This document shows, piece after piece, positions 33,688-42,937 of a DNA stretch of 61,974 nt; the first letter of the stretch is position 1; each line of letters opens with the position of its first letter. Location: positions 1 to 61,974 of the forward strand of contig JAHFIW010000004.1 in NCBI GenBank assembly GCA_023246195.1. The letters run 5' to 3'. The translations under genes and the position numbers were made by a program. The stretch comes from a bacterium. GTDB taxonomy: Bacteria > Patescibacteriota > Patescibacteriia > SG8-24. Below the pieces are notes generated by a model that was not told the DNA's origin, made no database searches, and worked only from the letters and a program-made list of their open reading frames with translations.

Positions 33688-34396
33688 GGGAGTGATCGTT
33701 AACAACGCGCTTATTGCCGTTATGTTTGTCCTCCACTATTTCGCCGTCACGGACGCTGATGATGCGGTCGGCATGCTCCGCAACGTACGGTTCATGCGTA
33801 ATCAGGATGATGGTGCGCTTCTGTTCCTGATTGAGCCGTTGAAAAGTATGCAACACCAGTTCGCCGGTCTTGGTGTCGAGATTGCCGGTGGGCTCATCCG
33901 CCAAGATGATGGCCGGATTGTTGACCAGCGCACGGGCGATGGCCACGCGCTGCATCTGCCCGCCAGACAATTGGTTTGAAAGATGATTCCAGCGGTCTTC
34001 CGGCAAACCGGCGGCACGGAGCGCATCGCCGGCGCGACGGTCGCGCTCCTCGGCGGGAACTTCGGCGTAGACTAAAGGCAACGAGACGTTGCGCAGCACC
34101 GTCGCGCGCGGCAGCAGGTTGAATGCCTGAAAGATGAATCCCAAGCGGTCGCGGCGAACGAGTGCCAGTTCGTCATCGGATAACTTCGAAACGTCACGCC
34201 CGTCGAGAACGTACGAACCCGAAGTCGGCCTGTCGAGCGCGCCGATGATGTGCATCAGCGTGGACTTGCCGGATCCCGACGGTCCCATGATGGCCACGAA
34301 ATCGCCATCGTTCACCTTGAACGATATGTTTTTGAGCACGCGAGTCTCGGCATCGCCGTTCTTGTAAATTTTTTCGACATTTGCAAGTTCGATCAT
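33674..34396 (-). CDS. ABC transporter ATP-binding protein (MacB/LolD-type)
   Basis: Walker [10 protein letters not shown], signature [15 protein letters not shown], Walker [13 protein letters not shown]. Confidence 0.92.
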   Translation of the reverse strand: MIELANVEKIYKNGDAETRVLKNISFKVNDGDFVAIMGPSGSGKSTLMHIIGALDRPTSGSYVLDGRDVSKLSDDELALVRRDRLGFIFQAFNLLPRATVLRNVSLPLVYAEVPAEERDRRAGDALRAAGLPEDRWNHLSNQLSGGQMQRVAIARALVNNPAIILADEPTGNLDTKTGELVLHTFQRLNQEQKRTIILITHEPYVAEHADRIISVRDGEIVEDKHNGNKRVVNDHSHAAI

Positions 34397-34400
34397 AGCG

Positions 34401-36251
34401 CTAGTTGCCGCGAGAACCTCCGCCGCCGCTCACGCCCGGAATCCTGACGCTGCTGCTGCCGCCGAGACCGGGAATTCCGGTACTCGTGGCGGCCTTCGCC
34501 GCAGTAGCGGAGGGAGTCGCGGTCTTGATCACGATAATGTCACCCTCCTTGAGGCCGCTGACGATTTCCGTCTGACTGTCGTTGCTCAAGCCGACCTCGA
34601 CCGTTTGGCGACGCGGTGGCGTGGCGCTCATGACCGAGGTTTCGCCGGCCGACTGGTGGCCATCGAACATTTCCACGTAGCTGGCACCGTTCTGGGACTT
34701 CACGGCCGAACCTGGCACGGTCAGCACGTCCGTCTTCACCTGAGTCATGATGTTGGCAGTCACGCTCATGCTGGGACGGACGCGATCATCTTGCGTGTCG
34801 AACACGATGCGCACGCCGTAATTGACCACGCCCTGCGAAACCGTGCCGAGCAAGTCCACGTCGGCAACCTCGCCGGTAATGCTCAGCCCGCTCACCGCAT
34901 CAAAGGTAAGCGTGGCCTTCTGGCCAGCCTTGGTTTTGACCACGTCCAGTTCGTTCAGGGTAATGTCGGCGTAACGGTTGGGAGTCACCAGCGTGGCAAC
35001 GACGCCTCCGCTAGACATCTCATCGCCCCGCTTCAGGGTAAGGACCGCGACGGTACCGTCGAAGGGTGCGGTTACGACGTAATTTGACAGCGTCGAATAG
35101 GCGTCGTTGAGCGCATTCTGACGCTGCTGAATCGAAATCTGCTGCGCCTTCACGTCGAGCGGGTCGGCACCGGCCTTCAGTTTCGCGAGCGAGTCAGTGC
35201 TTACGGCAAGTGATTCCTGAGCGGCAGTGATGGCATCCTGATCCTTCTTGAGATTGATGGGATAGTCGCGATTGTTGCTGTCGATGGTGTCTATGGACTG
35301 CTGCGCGCCGCTCAAGTCAGAGTTGATCTGCGAGATGTCGGCGAGGATCTTCGGCCGATACGTATCGACCGTCGTGGCAATGCTGTACTGCTTATACGCC
35401 GTATTGACGGCGGCATCGAGCAAGGCATGCGCGCTTTGCAGCGCCTGCGAAACGAGATTCTCCGTAACGAGCGTACGGGTAATCAAGTCATAGCGCGTGG
35501 CATTGTCGGCGGAACGCGGAATGGTCTTGAAGTAGGTAAAGCTGTCGTTATAGGCGGCAAGCGCGGCATCATGATCATGCAGCCAATTGACGATCAGCGG
35601 GGAATTGTCGCCGAGAATGATCTTGAACGATCCGACATTGGCATCGGCGGACGCATCGGTGCCGCGAAGGTCCTTGAGGTCCTTCATGTGGTTCGGCATG
35701 TCCAGATACGCGTTGGAAACGTCAGTGTAGCCGTTCTCATATGCCGTAGCCACCGTCTGTGCCGACGATAACTTGTATTGATCGAGCGTGATCTCAGCCT
35801 GCTGCTCGTTGCGTGCCGCCTGGCTCACGGCATTCTCGGCCTGCACGAGGCTCAACGAGTCGGCTGATTGCTGCAACTTTTCCAAAGAAAGCTTGGCGCT
35901 GTCCAAGGCGGTTTGCGCGTCACGCACGGCTTTTCGAGCATCAGTGTCATCAAGACGAATGAGCACGTCGCCTTTCTTCACGGCCTTCCCCTCGGCAGTG
36001 CCGACGAACATGACCTGACCGGAGGCCTTTGCCTTGACGTCGAGCTGATCAGAAGCGGACACCTGTCCGCTGCCGCTCACCGTCGTGATCAGCGTGCCCT
36101 TCTCGACCGGTGCCAACGTGTACGTCGGCGGCGCCACGACGGCACTCTTGGTCTTGTAATACCAATAGCCGCCGCCGACCAAGGCGATTACGACGACGGA
36201 GACGAGAACCTTATGTGCCGCCGCGAAAACGCGAATGCTTTTCATTGTCAT
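34401..36251 (-). CDS. HlyD/MacA-type periplasmic adaptor (membrane fusion protein), unusually long (about 615 aa)
   Basis: N-terminal TM, lipoyl-like motif (GKAVKKGDVLIRLDD), a very long coiled-coil segment, and C-terminal beta-barrel motifs (APFDGTVAVLTLKRGD). Confidence 0.8.
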   Translation of the reverse strand: MTMKSIRVFAAAHKVLVSVVVIALVGGGYWYYKTKSAVVAPPTYTLAPVEKGTLITTVSGSGQVSASDQLDVKAKASGQVMFVGTAEGKAVKKGDVLIRLDDTDARKAVRDAQTALDSAKLSLEKLQQSADSLSLVQAENAVSQAARNEQQAEITLDQYKLSSAQTVATAYENGYTDVSNAYLDMPNHMKDLKDLRGTDASADANVGSFKIILGDNSPLIVNWLHDHDAALAAYNDSFTYFKTIPRSADNATRYDLITRTLVTENLVSQALQSAHALLDAAVNTAYKQYSIATTVDTYRPKILADISQINSDLSGAQQSIDTIDSNNRDYPINLKKDQDAITAAQESLAVSTDSLAKLKAGADPLDVKAQQISIQQRQNALNDAYSTLSNYVVTAPFDGTVAVLTLKRGDEMSSGGVVATLVTPNRYADITLNELDVVKTKAGQKATLTFDAVSGLSITGEVADVDLLGTVSQGVVNYGVRIVFDTQDDRVRPSMSVTANIMTQVKTDVLTVPGSAVKSQNGASYVEMFDGHQSAGETSVMSATPPRRQTVEVGLSNDSQTEIVSGLKEGDIIVIKTATPSATAAKAATSTGIPGLGGSSSVRIPGVSGGGGSRGN

Positions 36252-36255
36252 AAGT

Positions 36256-36726
36256 TTAGGGTTGCTGCTGTTCGGAGAGCATGCGGATAAGCCTGGCGGT
36301 GATTCGTCCGTCGTTATCGGGTTCACCGAAGGTCATGACGTAATCGCCGACTTTCAGGTCGCCTTTGGCGATGGAGTCCAATCCGCGCCTGATGTCGGTT
36401 TGCGCGTCGATGACGACGCTGCGCTCCACGTTATCCGCGCCCTTCACCACGATACCGTCGTCACTGGCACTGATGATGCTGCCGAGCACGCCGTGGAATC
36501 CTCCCATGCGCCCGCCAGGCACTCCGAGCATCATGCCTCCGCGAAGCGGGCCGGCGTATTCGCCGAATGCGCGTCCGTAGTTCTCGCCCCACTTGCAGGC
36601 GAAGAACGCGCGACGCGTGCCTACGGCCATGCCGCCGAGAAAAATGACCAGTGCCATGGCAGCAATGCCGATACCGCACATAAGGCCGCGAAATGCCCTC
36701 GATTGAAGAAAATGTTCCTTGTCCAT
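36256..36726 (-). CDS. membrane-anchored Gly-rich protein, paralog of 31935..32435
   Basis: TM anchor, Gly/Met-rich stretch, then GSIISASDDGIVVKGADNVERSVVIDAQT...LKVGDYVMTFGEPDNDGRITARLIR. Confidence 0.6.
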   Translation of the reverse strand: MDKEHFLQSRAFRGLMCGIGIAAMALVIFLGGMAVGTRRAFFACKWGENYGRAFGEYAGPLRGGMMLGVPGGRMGGFHGVLGSIISASDDGIVVKGADNVERSVVIDAQTDIRRGLDSIAKGDLKVGDYVMTFGEPDNDGRITARLIRMLSEQQQP

Positions 36727-36729
36727 ACG

Positions 36730-37140
36730 TTAGGCGTGGGTGAGAGAATGCGGAGGAGTAATCAGTCGGTCAACGCTTCGCAAAAGCGCAAAGAAAACGA
36801 ACAGTGCGGCGCAAACCGCGGCAAGCTGAATGACAGGCAACGCGTCAACGACCGCAAGCAGATAGGACTGCCATGCGGACAGCACGGCACCGGTATCGGT
36901 GGCGGCAGCGGACAAAAACTCCAATAACCCGGATTCGGACGCCTGCCGGAGCGCCGCATACGCTCCATAGACGACGCCGACGGCAGAAGCTGCCAAGCCG
37001 ACAACCATGAACGGCAGGCGCCGCGCCAGCACCTGTCGACGACGATAGGCAAAAACGGCCTCCATGGCGTCATCAAAAAGACGCGGTGAAGGGCCGTGAA
37101 CGTCGAGGCTGCGAATCGCTTTTTTGAGATTCTCCTGCAT
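36730..37140 (-). CDS. putative anti-sigma factor (membrane protein immediately downstream of the ECF sigma gene)
   Basis: 136 aa with TM helices. The call rests on position and topology only. Confidence 0.45.
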   Translation of the reverse strand: MQENLKKAIRSLDVHGPSPRLFDDAMEAVFAYRRRQVLARRLPFMVVGLAASAVGVVYGAYAALRQASESGLLEFLSAAATDTGAVLSAWQSYLLAVVDALPVIQLAAVCAALFVFFALLRSVDRLITPPHSLTHA

Positions 37141-37181
37141 AGGTCATCAGGTACTACGGATAAGGCGCGAGGAAAGGTGCA

Positions 37182-37748
37182 TCATGGTTTCTCGAGCATG
37201 TTCTTGAGCATCGCCAAGGCTCGCCGATAGCGACTTTTGACCGTATCCATCGGCTGACCCAATGTTTCGCCGATTTCATCGAACTGCAGGTCGCCATCGA
37301 GCCGAAGCAGCACCACTTCACGATAGGCCGGAGGAAGCTCGTCCAGCGCGTTACGGAGTTCTTCCGCGTCCTGCTTCCGCGCGACGAACGCGTCAGGGAG
37401 ATCTGCCTTGTCCGCAATGCTGTCGGTCAGGACGTTGCCGCCTTCCTCGCCGTCAAATGACGAGAAGGGCACGTTCTTTCGCTTGCGCAGGTGATCGATG
37501 GCCGCGTTGCGCGCGATGCCGAATGCCCAAGTGCGGAACGACTTCGCCGTGTCGAACTTCTTCAAATTTTTCCAGAGACGGATGAACGTTTCCTGCGTCA
37601 CGTCATCGGCATCGGACGACGAACCGAGGAAGCGGACCAGAAAGCCGTACACCGCGTCCATGTGACGACCAAAAAGCATCCGTAGCGAGTCATCGTCGCC
37701 GCGGATCGCCTTCTTGAGCAGCGCGTTATCGATTGCTCGTTCGTCCAT
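37182..37748 (-). CDS. ECF-type RNA polymerase sigma factor
   Basis: Region 2 (DADDVTQETFIRLWKNLKKFD, FRTWAFGIARNAAIDHLRK) and region 4 (LPPAYREVVLLRLDGDLQFDEIGETLGQPMDTVKSRYRRAL). Confidence 0.88.
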   Translation of the reverse strand: MDERAIDNALLKKAIRGDDDSLRMLFGRHMDAVYGFLVRFLGSSSDADDVTQETFIRLWKNLKKFDTAKSFRTWAFGIARNAAIDHLRKRKNVPFSSFDGEEGGNVLTDSIADKADLPDAFVARKQDAEELRNALDELPPAYREVVLLRLDGDLQFDEIGETLGQPMDTVKSRYRRALAMLKNMLEKP

Positions 37749-37755
37749 ATCACGC

Positions 37756-39396
37756 TTACGCTTTTTTTGTTCGGCCCTTGAGGTGCGCCATCGCGTATGA
37801 AAACGACGCGTCTACTTTCTTGCCGGGATTGAAGATGTCATCGGGATCAAAGATGCGTTTTACCTCTTTCAGCAACGAAAAGACCTCCTTGCCGAACATC
37901 TGCTCAAGATACGGTCCGCGCACCATGCCGTCATTGTGCTCACCGGTCATGGAACCGCCGTAGCTGAACACCAGGTCGTACACTTCCTTGGAAAGTTTCC
38001 CGATGGTCACCTGCGTCTGAGGGTCACTCAAGTCCATGATCGGAATGATGTGAAAATTGGCGTCGCCGACATGCCCGACGACAGTCAACAGCAGCTTATA
38101 CTTGTCGAGAACCGAATAGAGCCTCGGGAGAAACTCGGGCAACTGCTCGGGACGTACGCAAAAGTCGTCGATGAACGGCGCAGTCTGCTTCTTCTTAAAA
38201 TGGCGACGGAGGAGATTGAAGCTCTCGCGACGCATGATCCAATACTTGGCGGCCTCTGCCTCGGTCTTGGTAATGCGCATCGGCAACTTGAACGGCGCGA
38301 TCTCGGCAGCAGCTGCCGCAATCACCCGATCGACTTCTTCTTCCGTATCGCCAGTGAATTCCGCCAGCATCACCATCTTGGGAAAGCCGTGCATGGCAAC
38401 CATCCCGGCTTCGGGAAGAAAACGCAACGCCAACGAAAACGCATTCGTGCCCATTGAGCGCACGATGTCCCCGAAGTAGCGAAAGGCGAACTTCATGGTG
38501 TGGTCATCGTAAGACTCGAACGACTCCGGCTCATGCTTGAGTACGGCGTTGACGATGCCCGGCAACGGGGCCAGATCCTTGAGAAAAATGACCAGCAGCT
38601 TCGCGCGCGGCTTCTTGCGCACCAGACGATACGTGATTTCGGTGATGATGCCGAGCGTCCCCTGCGAGCCGACGAGAGCCTTCGTGAGGTCGAAGGAGGT
38701 TCCGTTCCAGACGTCCCACAGCGCGTACCCTGCGGAATTCTTTGAAACGTTCGGTTTGGCCTTGCGAATGACCTCGGCATTGTCCACGACAAGCGAGTAC
38801 ATCTGCCGATACGTCTCGCCCTCAAGGTCATGCTGCGCCATCTTGGCATCCAATTGCGGCTTGCTGAGCGGACCGAACCCGTATTCCTTGCCGTCACGCA
38901 ACACCACCTTGAGATGCTTCACGTAGCGCGCGGTCTTGCCAAAGCGCAGGGATTTTTCACCGCCGGAATTATTTGCGGCCATGCCGCCGACGGTGCATAT
39001 CTCCCTGGAAGCGGGATAAGAAGGCAAGAGCAGTCCCTGTGTCAAAGTAGCCTTCTCAAAATCGCGATAAAATACGCCGGGCTGTACCACGGCCTCGCCG
39101 TCACCGATGCGGACGATGCGATCAAAATGCCTGGTCATGTCCATGATGACCGATTCGGAGATTGCGGCGCCGCTCATGTCGGTGCCGGCGGATCGCGCGG
39201 TAATCGATAGTCCTTCCCCACGCCGCTCCGCCGCATAGTTCACCAACGCGCCGATATCCGCCGCGTCGACCGGATAGGCCACCGCCTTCGGGCGAACTTC
39301 AAATAAACTGGCGTCATGCGAATACGTCGTCAGCGTGGCGTCATCCGCAAGTACCTCTCCTCGCAGAATTTTCCCCAGGTCATCGATTGTGCTCAT
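37756..39396 (-). CDS. FAD-binding oxidoreductase (GlcD / D-lactate dehydrogenase-like, PCMH-type FAD domain)
   Basis: FAD_binding_4 pattern (AVAYPVDAADIGALVNYA...ITARSAGTDMSGAAI) and a C-terminal FAD-oxidase domain. ATG 39396 lies 6 nt after a TATACT box; the track GTG is at 39411. Confidence 0.8.
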   Translation of the reverse strand: MSTIDDLGKILRGEVLADDATLTTYSHDASLFEVRPKAVAYPVDAADIGALVNYAAERRGEGLSITARSAGTDMSGAAISESVIMDMTRHFDRIVRIGDGEAVVQPGVFYRDFEKATLTQGLLLPSYPASREICTVGGMAANNSGGEKSLRFGKTARYVKHLKVVLRDGKEYGFGPLSKPQLDAKMAQHDLEGETYRQMYSLVVDNAEVIRKAKPNVSKNSAGYALWDVWNGTSFDLTKALVGSQGTLGIITEITYRLVRKKPRAKLLVIFLKDLAPLPGIVNAVLKHEPESFESYDDHTMKFAFRYFGDIVRSMGTNAFSLALRFLPEAGMVAMHGFPKMVMLAEFTGDTEEEVDRVIAAAAAEIAPFKLPMRITKTEAEAAKYWIMRRESFNLLRRHFKKKQTAPFIDDFCVRPEQLPEFLPRLYSVLDKYKLLLTVVGHVGDANFHIIPIMDLSDPQTQVTIGKLSKEVYDLVFSYGGSMTGEHNDGMVRGPYLEQMFGKEVFSLLKEVKRIFDPDDIFNPGKKVDASFSYAMAHLKGRTKKA

Positions 39397-39402
39397 GGCT
39401 TC

Positions 39403-39408
39403 AGTATA
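39403..39408 (-). promoter_or_regulatory. -10 box TATACT, 6 nt upstream of ATG 39396 (implies a leaderless mRNA)
   Basis: The minus strand reads gTGTATACTgaagccATG. Confidence 0.45.
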
Positions 39409-39424
39409 CACGAAACCGCGCGAC

Positions 39425-39447
39425 TAAAAAACGGCCATTCGGCCGTC
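39425..39447 (-). terminator. intrinsic terminator after the YibE/F gene
   Basis: Stem ACGGCC (39431-39436) / GGCCGT (39441-39446), then TTTTTT on the minus strand. Confidence 0.65.
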
Positions 39448-39456
39448 CTTTTTCCG

Positions 39457-40836
39457 CTAATGATGATGCACGTGGCTGCCGGCGTCGGCGTCCGCTTCCG
39501 GTTTTGGCGGACGTTCACTGTACAGCGACGCGGCCAGCGCGGTCGTGACCGGCACGGCCAAAATCAGGCAGATGCTGCCTACCAGCGTTCGCACGATTTC
39601 TTCGGCGATAGTCCCGCTATTGACGATGAACCAGAGCGGTTGCCCCTTGTTTGCGCTGAACAGCAGGAACAACGGCAACGATGCGCCGGCGTAAGCAAGA
39701 AAGAGCGTGTTGATGAGCGAGGCGATATGCTCCTTGCCGACAGACAATCCGCGCTTATACAAGTCAGCAAAACCGTATCGCGGATTGGCACGCTTGAGCT
39801 CTTCCACGATTGCCGCCTGTGCCGTGGTGATGTCGTCGAGGATGCCGAGCACGCCGAGGATGATGCCGCCCAACAGCAGCCCGCGCAGGTCCAAATGGTC
39901 GAAGCCGCTGCCCTGAAGGAACAGCGCGTCTTCGCTGCCGGTACCGAACAGGTGCGCCCAAGAGACGAATTGCACCGCCATCCAGGACGAAAAACCGAGG
40001 GTAAGGCAGGTGCCGACGAAGGCGACGGTCGTGCGCGAATTGAAACCGTGCGCGAGATACAGCGAGGTCGCGGCGATGAGAAATGCCCCGATGACGCAGA
40101 CGGTCAGCGGGTTGCCACCGGCGCTGATCTTCGGCACGACGTACCAGACGATGACTCCCACGGTCACGGCCAACCCGAAGATCGACGTGAGTCCGCGCAA
40201 TCGTCCGAACAGCACGGCAAGGCCGAAAAAGAGCAGCGTCATCAAGATGAGCGACGGAATGCGATAATTGTCGGCAATGTAATATGTCGCGTTATTGGCA
40301 TCCTGAAAGCTCTTGACCACGACGACGACGTCGCCGACATGCAACGGACGGTTCTGGCTGGCGACGTCCAAATCGCTCTCGTTCACGGTGACGAGCGTCC
40401 CCTTTTCGTTGCCGCCGGTGATGCGCACGGAAAACGTCTTTTGACTGTCGGAGATGCCGCCGACGTCCTCGCCGGCCCCCTGCTGCACGCGTTCGATCTT
40501 TCCGAGCATGAACACGTCGGCGGGAGCGATTTCTGCCGCAGCGACAGTCGCGGCCTTGCCGTATTGGCCGTTTTTGTCAGGCAGCATGCCGGCGTCTCCC
40601 GCAGAAGCGTTCGCATTAAGTGCGGCCTTCTGCGCATTGAGATTCTCCAGATCCTGGGTCACCGCCTGCAGCCGCAGCTGCTTTTGGGCCGTACTGAGAT
40701 TTGAAAGGGAAACGTTCGCCGCCGCCACGCTCGGCCGGACCAGTGCGGCGATCGACAGGAATGCGAAAACCAAAACTGCCGCCATCACGGCGGCCTTTTT
40801 CACTTTGCGCGAAAGGTTTGCGTAAGGGAACGTCAT
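39457..40836 (-). CDS. YibE/F-family multi-pass membrane protein with an N-terminal extracytoplasmic domain and a His-rich C-terminus
   Basis: The pattern NYRIPSLILMTLLFFGLAVLFGRLRGLTSI...GILDDITTAQAAIVEEL is typical of YibE/F. Ends in GSHVHHH. ATG at 40836 (track TTG at 40845). Confidence 0.6.
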   Translation of the reverse strand: MTFPYANLSRKVKKAAVMAAVLVFAFLSIAALVRPSVAAANVSLSNLSTAQKQLRLQAVTQDLENLNAQKAALNANASAGDAGMLPDKNGQYGKAATVAAAEIAPADVFMLGKIERVQQGAGEDVGGISDSQKTFSVRITGGNEKGTLVTVNESDLDVASQNRPLHVGDVVVVVKSFQDANNATYYIADNYRIPSLILMTLLFFGLAVLFGRLRGLTSIFGLAVTVGVIVWYVVPKISAGGNPLTVCVIGAFLIAATSLYLAHGFNSRTTVAFVGTCLTLGFSSWMAVQFVSWAHLFGTGSEDALFLQGSGFDHLDLRGLLLGGIILGVLGILDDITTAQAAIVEELKRANPRYGFADLYKRGLSVGKEHIASLINTLFLAYAGASLPLFLLFSANKGQPLWFIVNSGTIAEEIVRTLVGSICLILAVPVTTALAASLYSERPPKPEADADAGSHVHHH

Positions 40837-40912
40837 TGACTTCAAGACTATCCAATTGACGCATGGCGGTCAATCAATCGCCGCCGCTCCTCTATCCAAA
40901 ACGGTCTTTTTG

Positions 40913-40921
40913 TGCTATGCC
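40913..40921 (+). promoter_or_regulatory. extended -10 element TGCTATGCC, 8 nt from ATG 40930 (implies a leaderless mRNA)
   Basis: tgctatgcc atatgcgt ATGaaa read directly. Confidence 0.45.
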
Positions 40922-40929
40922 ATATGCGT

Positions 40930-42180
40930 ATGAAAATCGCCGTCATCGGCGGAGGAGCCGCCGGACTCATGGCCGCAGCAGCCGCGCGGGAGACCGACCC
41001 GTCTCTCGACGTGTTTGTGATCGAGCGCAACGACGGACTCGGCAAAAAGGTCATCATCTCGGGCGGCGGACGATGCAACGTCACCACCGGAATCCACGAC
41101 GTCAAGACGGTGCTCACCAAATATCCCCGCGGCGGAAAGTTCCTGGCCAAGGCAATGCATCAGTTTCCGCCGCAATCGGTCTACGACTGGTTTGAATCGA
41201 ACGGCGTCCCGCTCAAGACGCAGGATGACGACCGCGTCTTCCCGCAGTCCGACGACGGACATGACGTCGTCGGCGCCTTCGAACGGCTGTTCGAGGAGAA
41301 CGGCATCAGGGTACTGCTCAACGCGCACGTCACGCGCATCGAGAAGCATGCTGGCGCATTTTCGATCTTCTTCCGCGATACCGAGAAGCCGCTGGTCGTC
41401 GACAAGGTCGTGCTGACCACCGGCGGCCAAGCCTACCGTGCCACCGGCTCCACCGGTGACGGCTATGCCTTCGCGATTTCGCTCGGACATGCTATCACCG
41501 CGCTCGCGCCCAGCCTGAACTCTTTTGGCACCAGGGAAAAATGGGTGGCTGACATTTCCGGCCTGTCGTTCCCGGCCGCCACGATCACCGCGAAGCGCGA
41601 AGGCAATCCGTCATTCACGGGACCGTTCCTGTTTACGCATCGCGGCATCAGCGGCCCGGCGGTCTTCGCGTTGTCGTCCATCGTGGCTTTCGAACGCTAC
41701 GACGCCGTGCACCCGCTCGACATCACCATCGACCTTTTTCCCGACGCTTCTGCCGACGAGCTTGCCTCGCGCATGAAGGCGCTCATCGCCGAACATCCCA
41801 AAAAAGGAATCATCAACGTCCTTGCCATGCTCATTCCGAAGTCACTGGCGGAAATCCTCGGCCACGAGACGCGTCTTTCCGGCCTGCTGCATTCCGCCGA
41901 AATCGCGCACAAGGACCTTCTGCGCTGCATCGCCTGGCTCAAGGGCATTCCGCTGCACGTGATCGCACGAGGTTCGGGCGACGAGTTCGTCACTGCGGGC
42001 GGCATTGATCTCAAGGAGGTAAACCCGAGCACGATGGAATCGCGCATCTGCAAAGGACTGTTCTTTGCGGGAGAAATTCTGGACGTCGACGGCTTCACCG
42101 GCGGATTCAACCTGCAAGCCTCGTGGACAACCGGACGGCTGGCGGGCGAAAGCGCGGCATCTGCTATACTGACCGAATGA
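40930..42180 (+). CDS. BaiN/RdsA (HI0933-like) NAD(P)/FAD-dependent flavoprotein
   Basis: MKIAVIGGGAAGLMAA dinucleotide fold, GKKVIISGGGRCNVTT, and C-terminal FFAGEILDVDGFTGGFNLQ. Confidence 0.85.
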   Translation: MKIAVIGGGAAGLMAAAAARETDPSLDVFVIERNDGLGKKVIISGGGRCNVTTGIHDVKTVLTKYPRGGKFLAKAMHQFPPQSVYDWFESNGVPLKTQDDDRVFPQSDDGHDVVGAFERLFEENGIRVLLNAHVTRIEKHAGAFSIFFRDTEKPLVVDKVVLTTGGQAYRATGSTGDGYAFAISLGHAITALAPSLNSFGTREKWVADISGLSFPAATITAKREGNPSFTGPFLFTHRGISGPAVFALSSIVAFERYDAVHPLDITIDLFPDASADELASRMKALIAEHPKKGIINVLAMLIPKSLAEILGHETRLSGLLHSAEIAHKDLLRCIAWLKGIPLHVIARGSGDEFVTAGGIDLKEVNPSTMESRICKGLFFAGEILDVDGFTGGFNLQASWTTGRLAGESAASAILTE

Positions 42181-42881
42181 GACATCTTCATCACAGGTTA
42201 TTGACTGCGGCCGCAGTCATTGTCGCGACGGCGTTCGTGTTTGCGTATACCCTGCGCGTCAATGCGCCGACGACGACCGAACCCGCCCCGCAATCCCCGT
42301 CGCCGCAGCATTCTGCGCAACCCGTATCCTCCAAGGAGCAGCCTGCGCCGAACACCGGCACCGGCACGCCCGCCGCAACGCCGGCATTCAGCCTGCCGCT
42401 CACCGATGCCCTCTCCAGAATCACGAAAAAGGCTTTCGGCCTCTACGTCACGCCGAAGAACTCGCCGGTGCAGCCCGAACGATTTTCCGGCTATCATTGC
42501 GGCACGGACTTCGAGACGACTCCCGAGGAAAAGGACGCCGACGTGCCGGTCCGCGCGGCGTGCGACGGCACGCTGGCGCGCAAAAAGACGGCAAGCGGTT
42601 ACGGCGGCGTCGCGGTACAGCGATGCAAGCTCGGCACGCAGGACATCACCGTCATCTACGGACACCTGCGCTTGGCAAGCATCACGGCGAACGTCGGCGA
42701 CATGCTGACGCACGGACAGCGAATCGGCCTTCTGGGTACCGGCTACTCCGAGGAAACCGACGGTGAGCGCAAGCATCTGCACCTCGGCGTCCATAAGGGC
42801 AGGGATATCTCCATCAAGGGCTACGTGCAGACGAAGTCGGAACTCGACGGCTGGATAGACGCGCTGACGCTGCTTCGCTGA
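42177..42881 (+). CDS. M23-family (LytM-type) peptidoglycan metalloendopeptidase
   Basis: HxxxD (YHCGTDF) and HxH (KHLHLGVH) zinc motifs, N-terminal TM. Its ATG overlaps the upstream stop as ATGA. Confidence 0.8.
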   Translation: MRHLHHRLLTAAAVIVATAFVFAYTLRVNAPTTTEPAPQSPSPQHSAQPVSSKEQPAPNTGTGTPAATPAFSLPLTDALSRITKKAFGLYVTPKNSPVQPERFSGYHCGTDFETTPEEKDADVPVRAACDGTLARKKTASGYGGVAVQRCKLGTQDITVIYGHLRLASITANVGDMLTHGQRIGLLGTGYSEETDGERKHLHLGVHKGRDISIKGYVQTKSELDGWIDALTLLR

Positions 42882-42896
42882 TCGCCAACGACAAAA

Positions 42897-42928
42897 TACC
42901 CCGCTGCAAGCGGGGCATTTTTCGTTTT
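42897..42928 (+). terminator. intrinsic terminator after the M23 peptidase gene
   Basis: Stem CCCCGCT (42899-42905) / AGCGGGG (42909-42915), then TTTTTCGTTTT. Confidence 0.75.
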
Positions 42929-42937
42929 AATTTTGTC

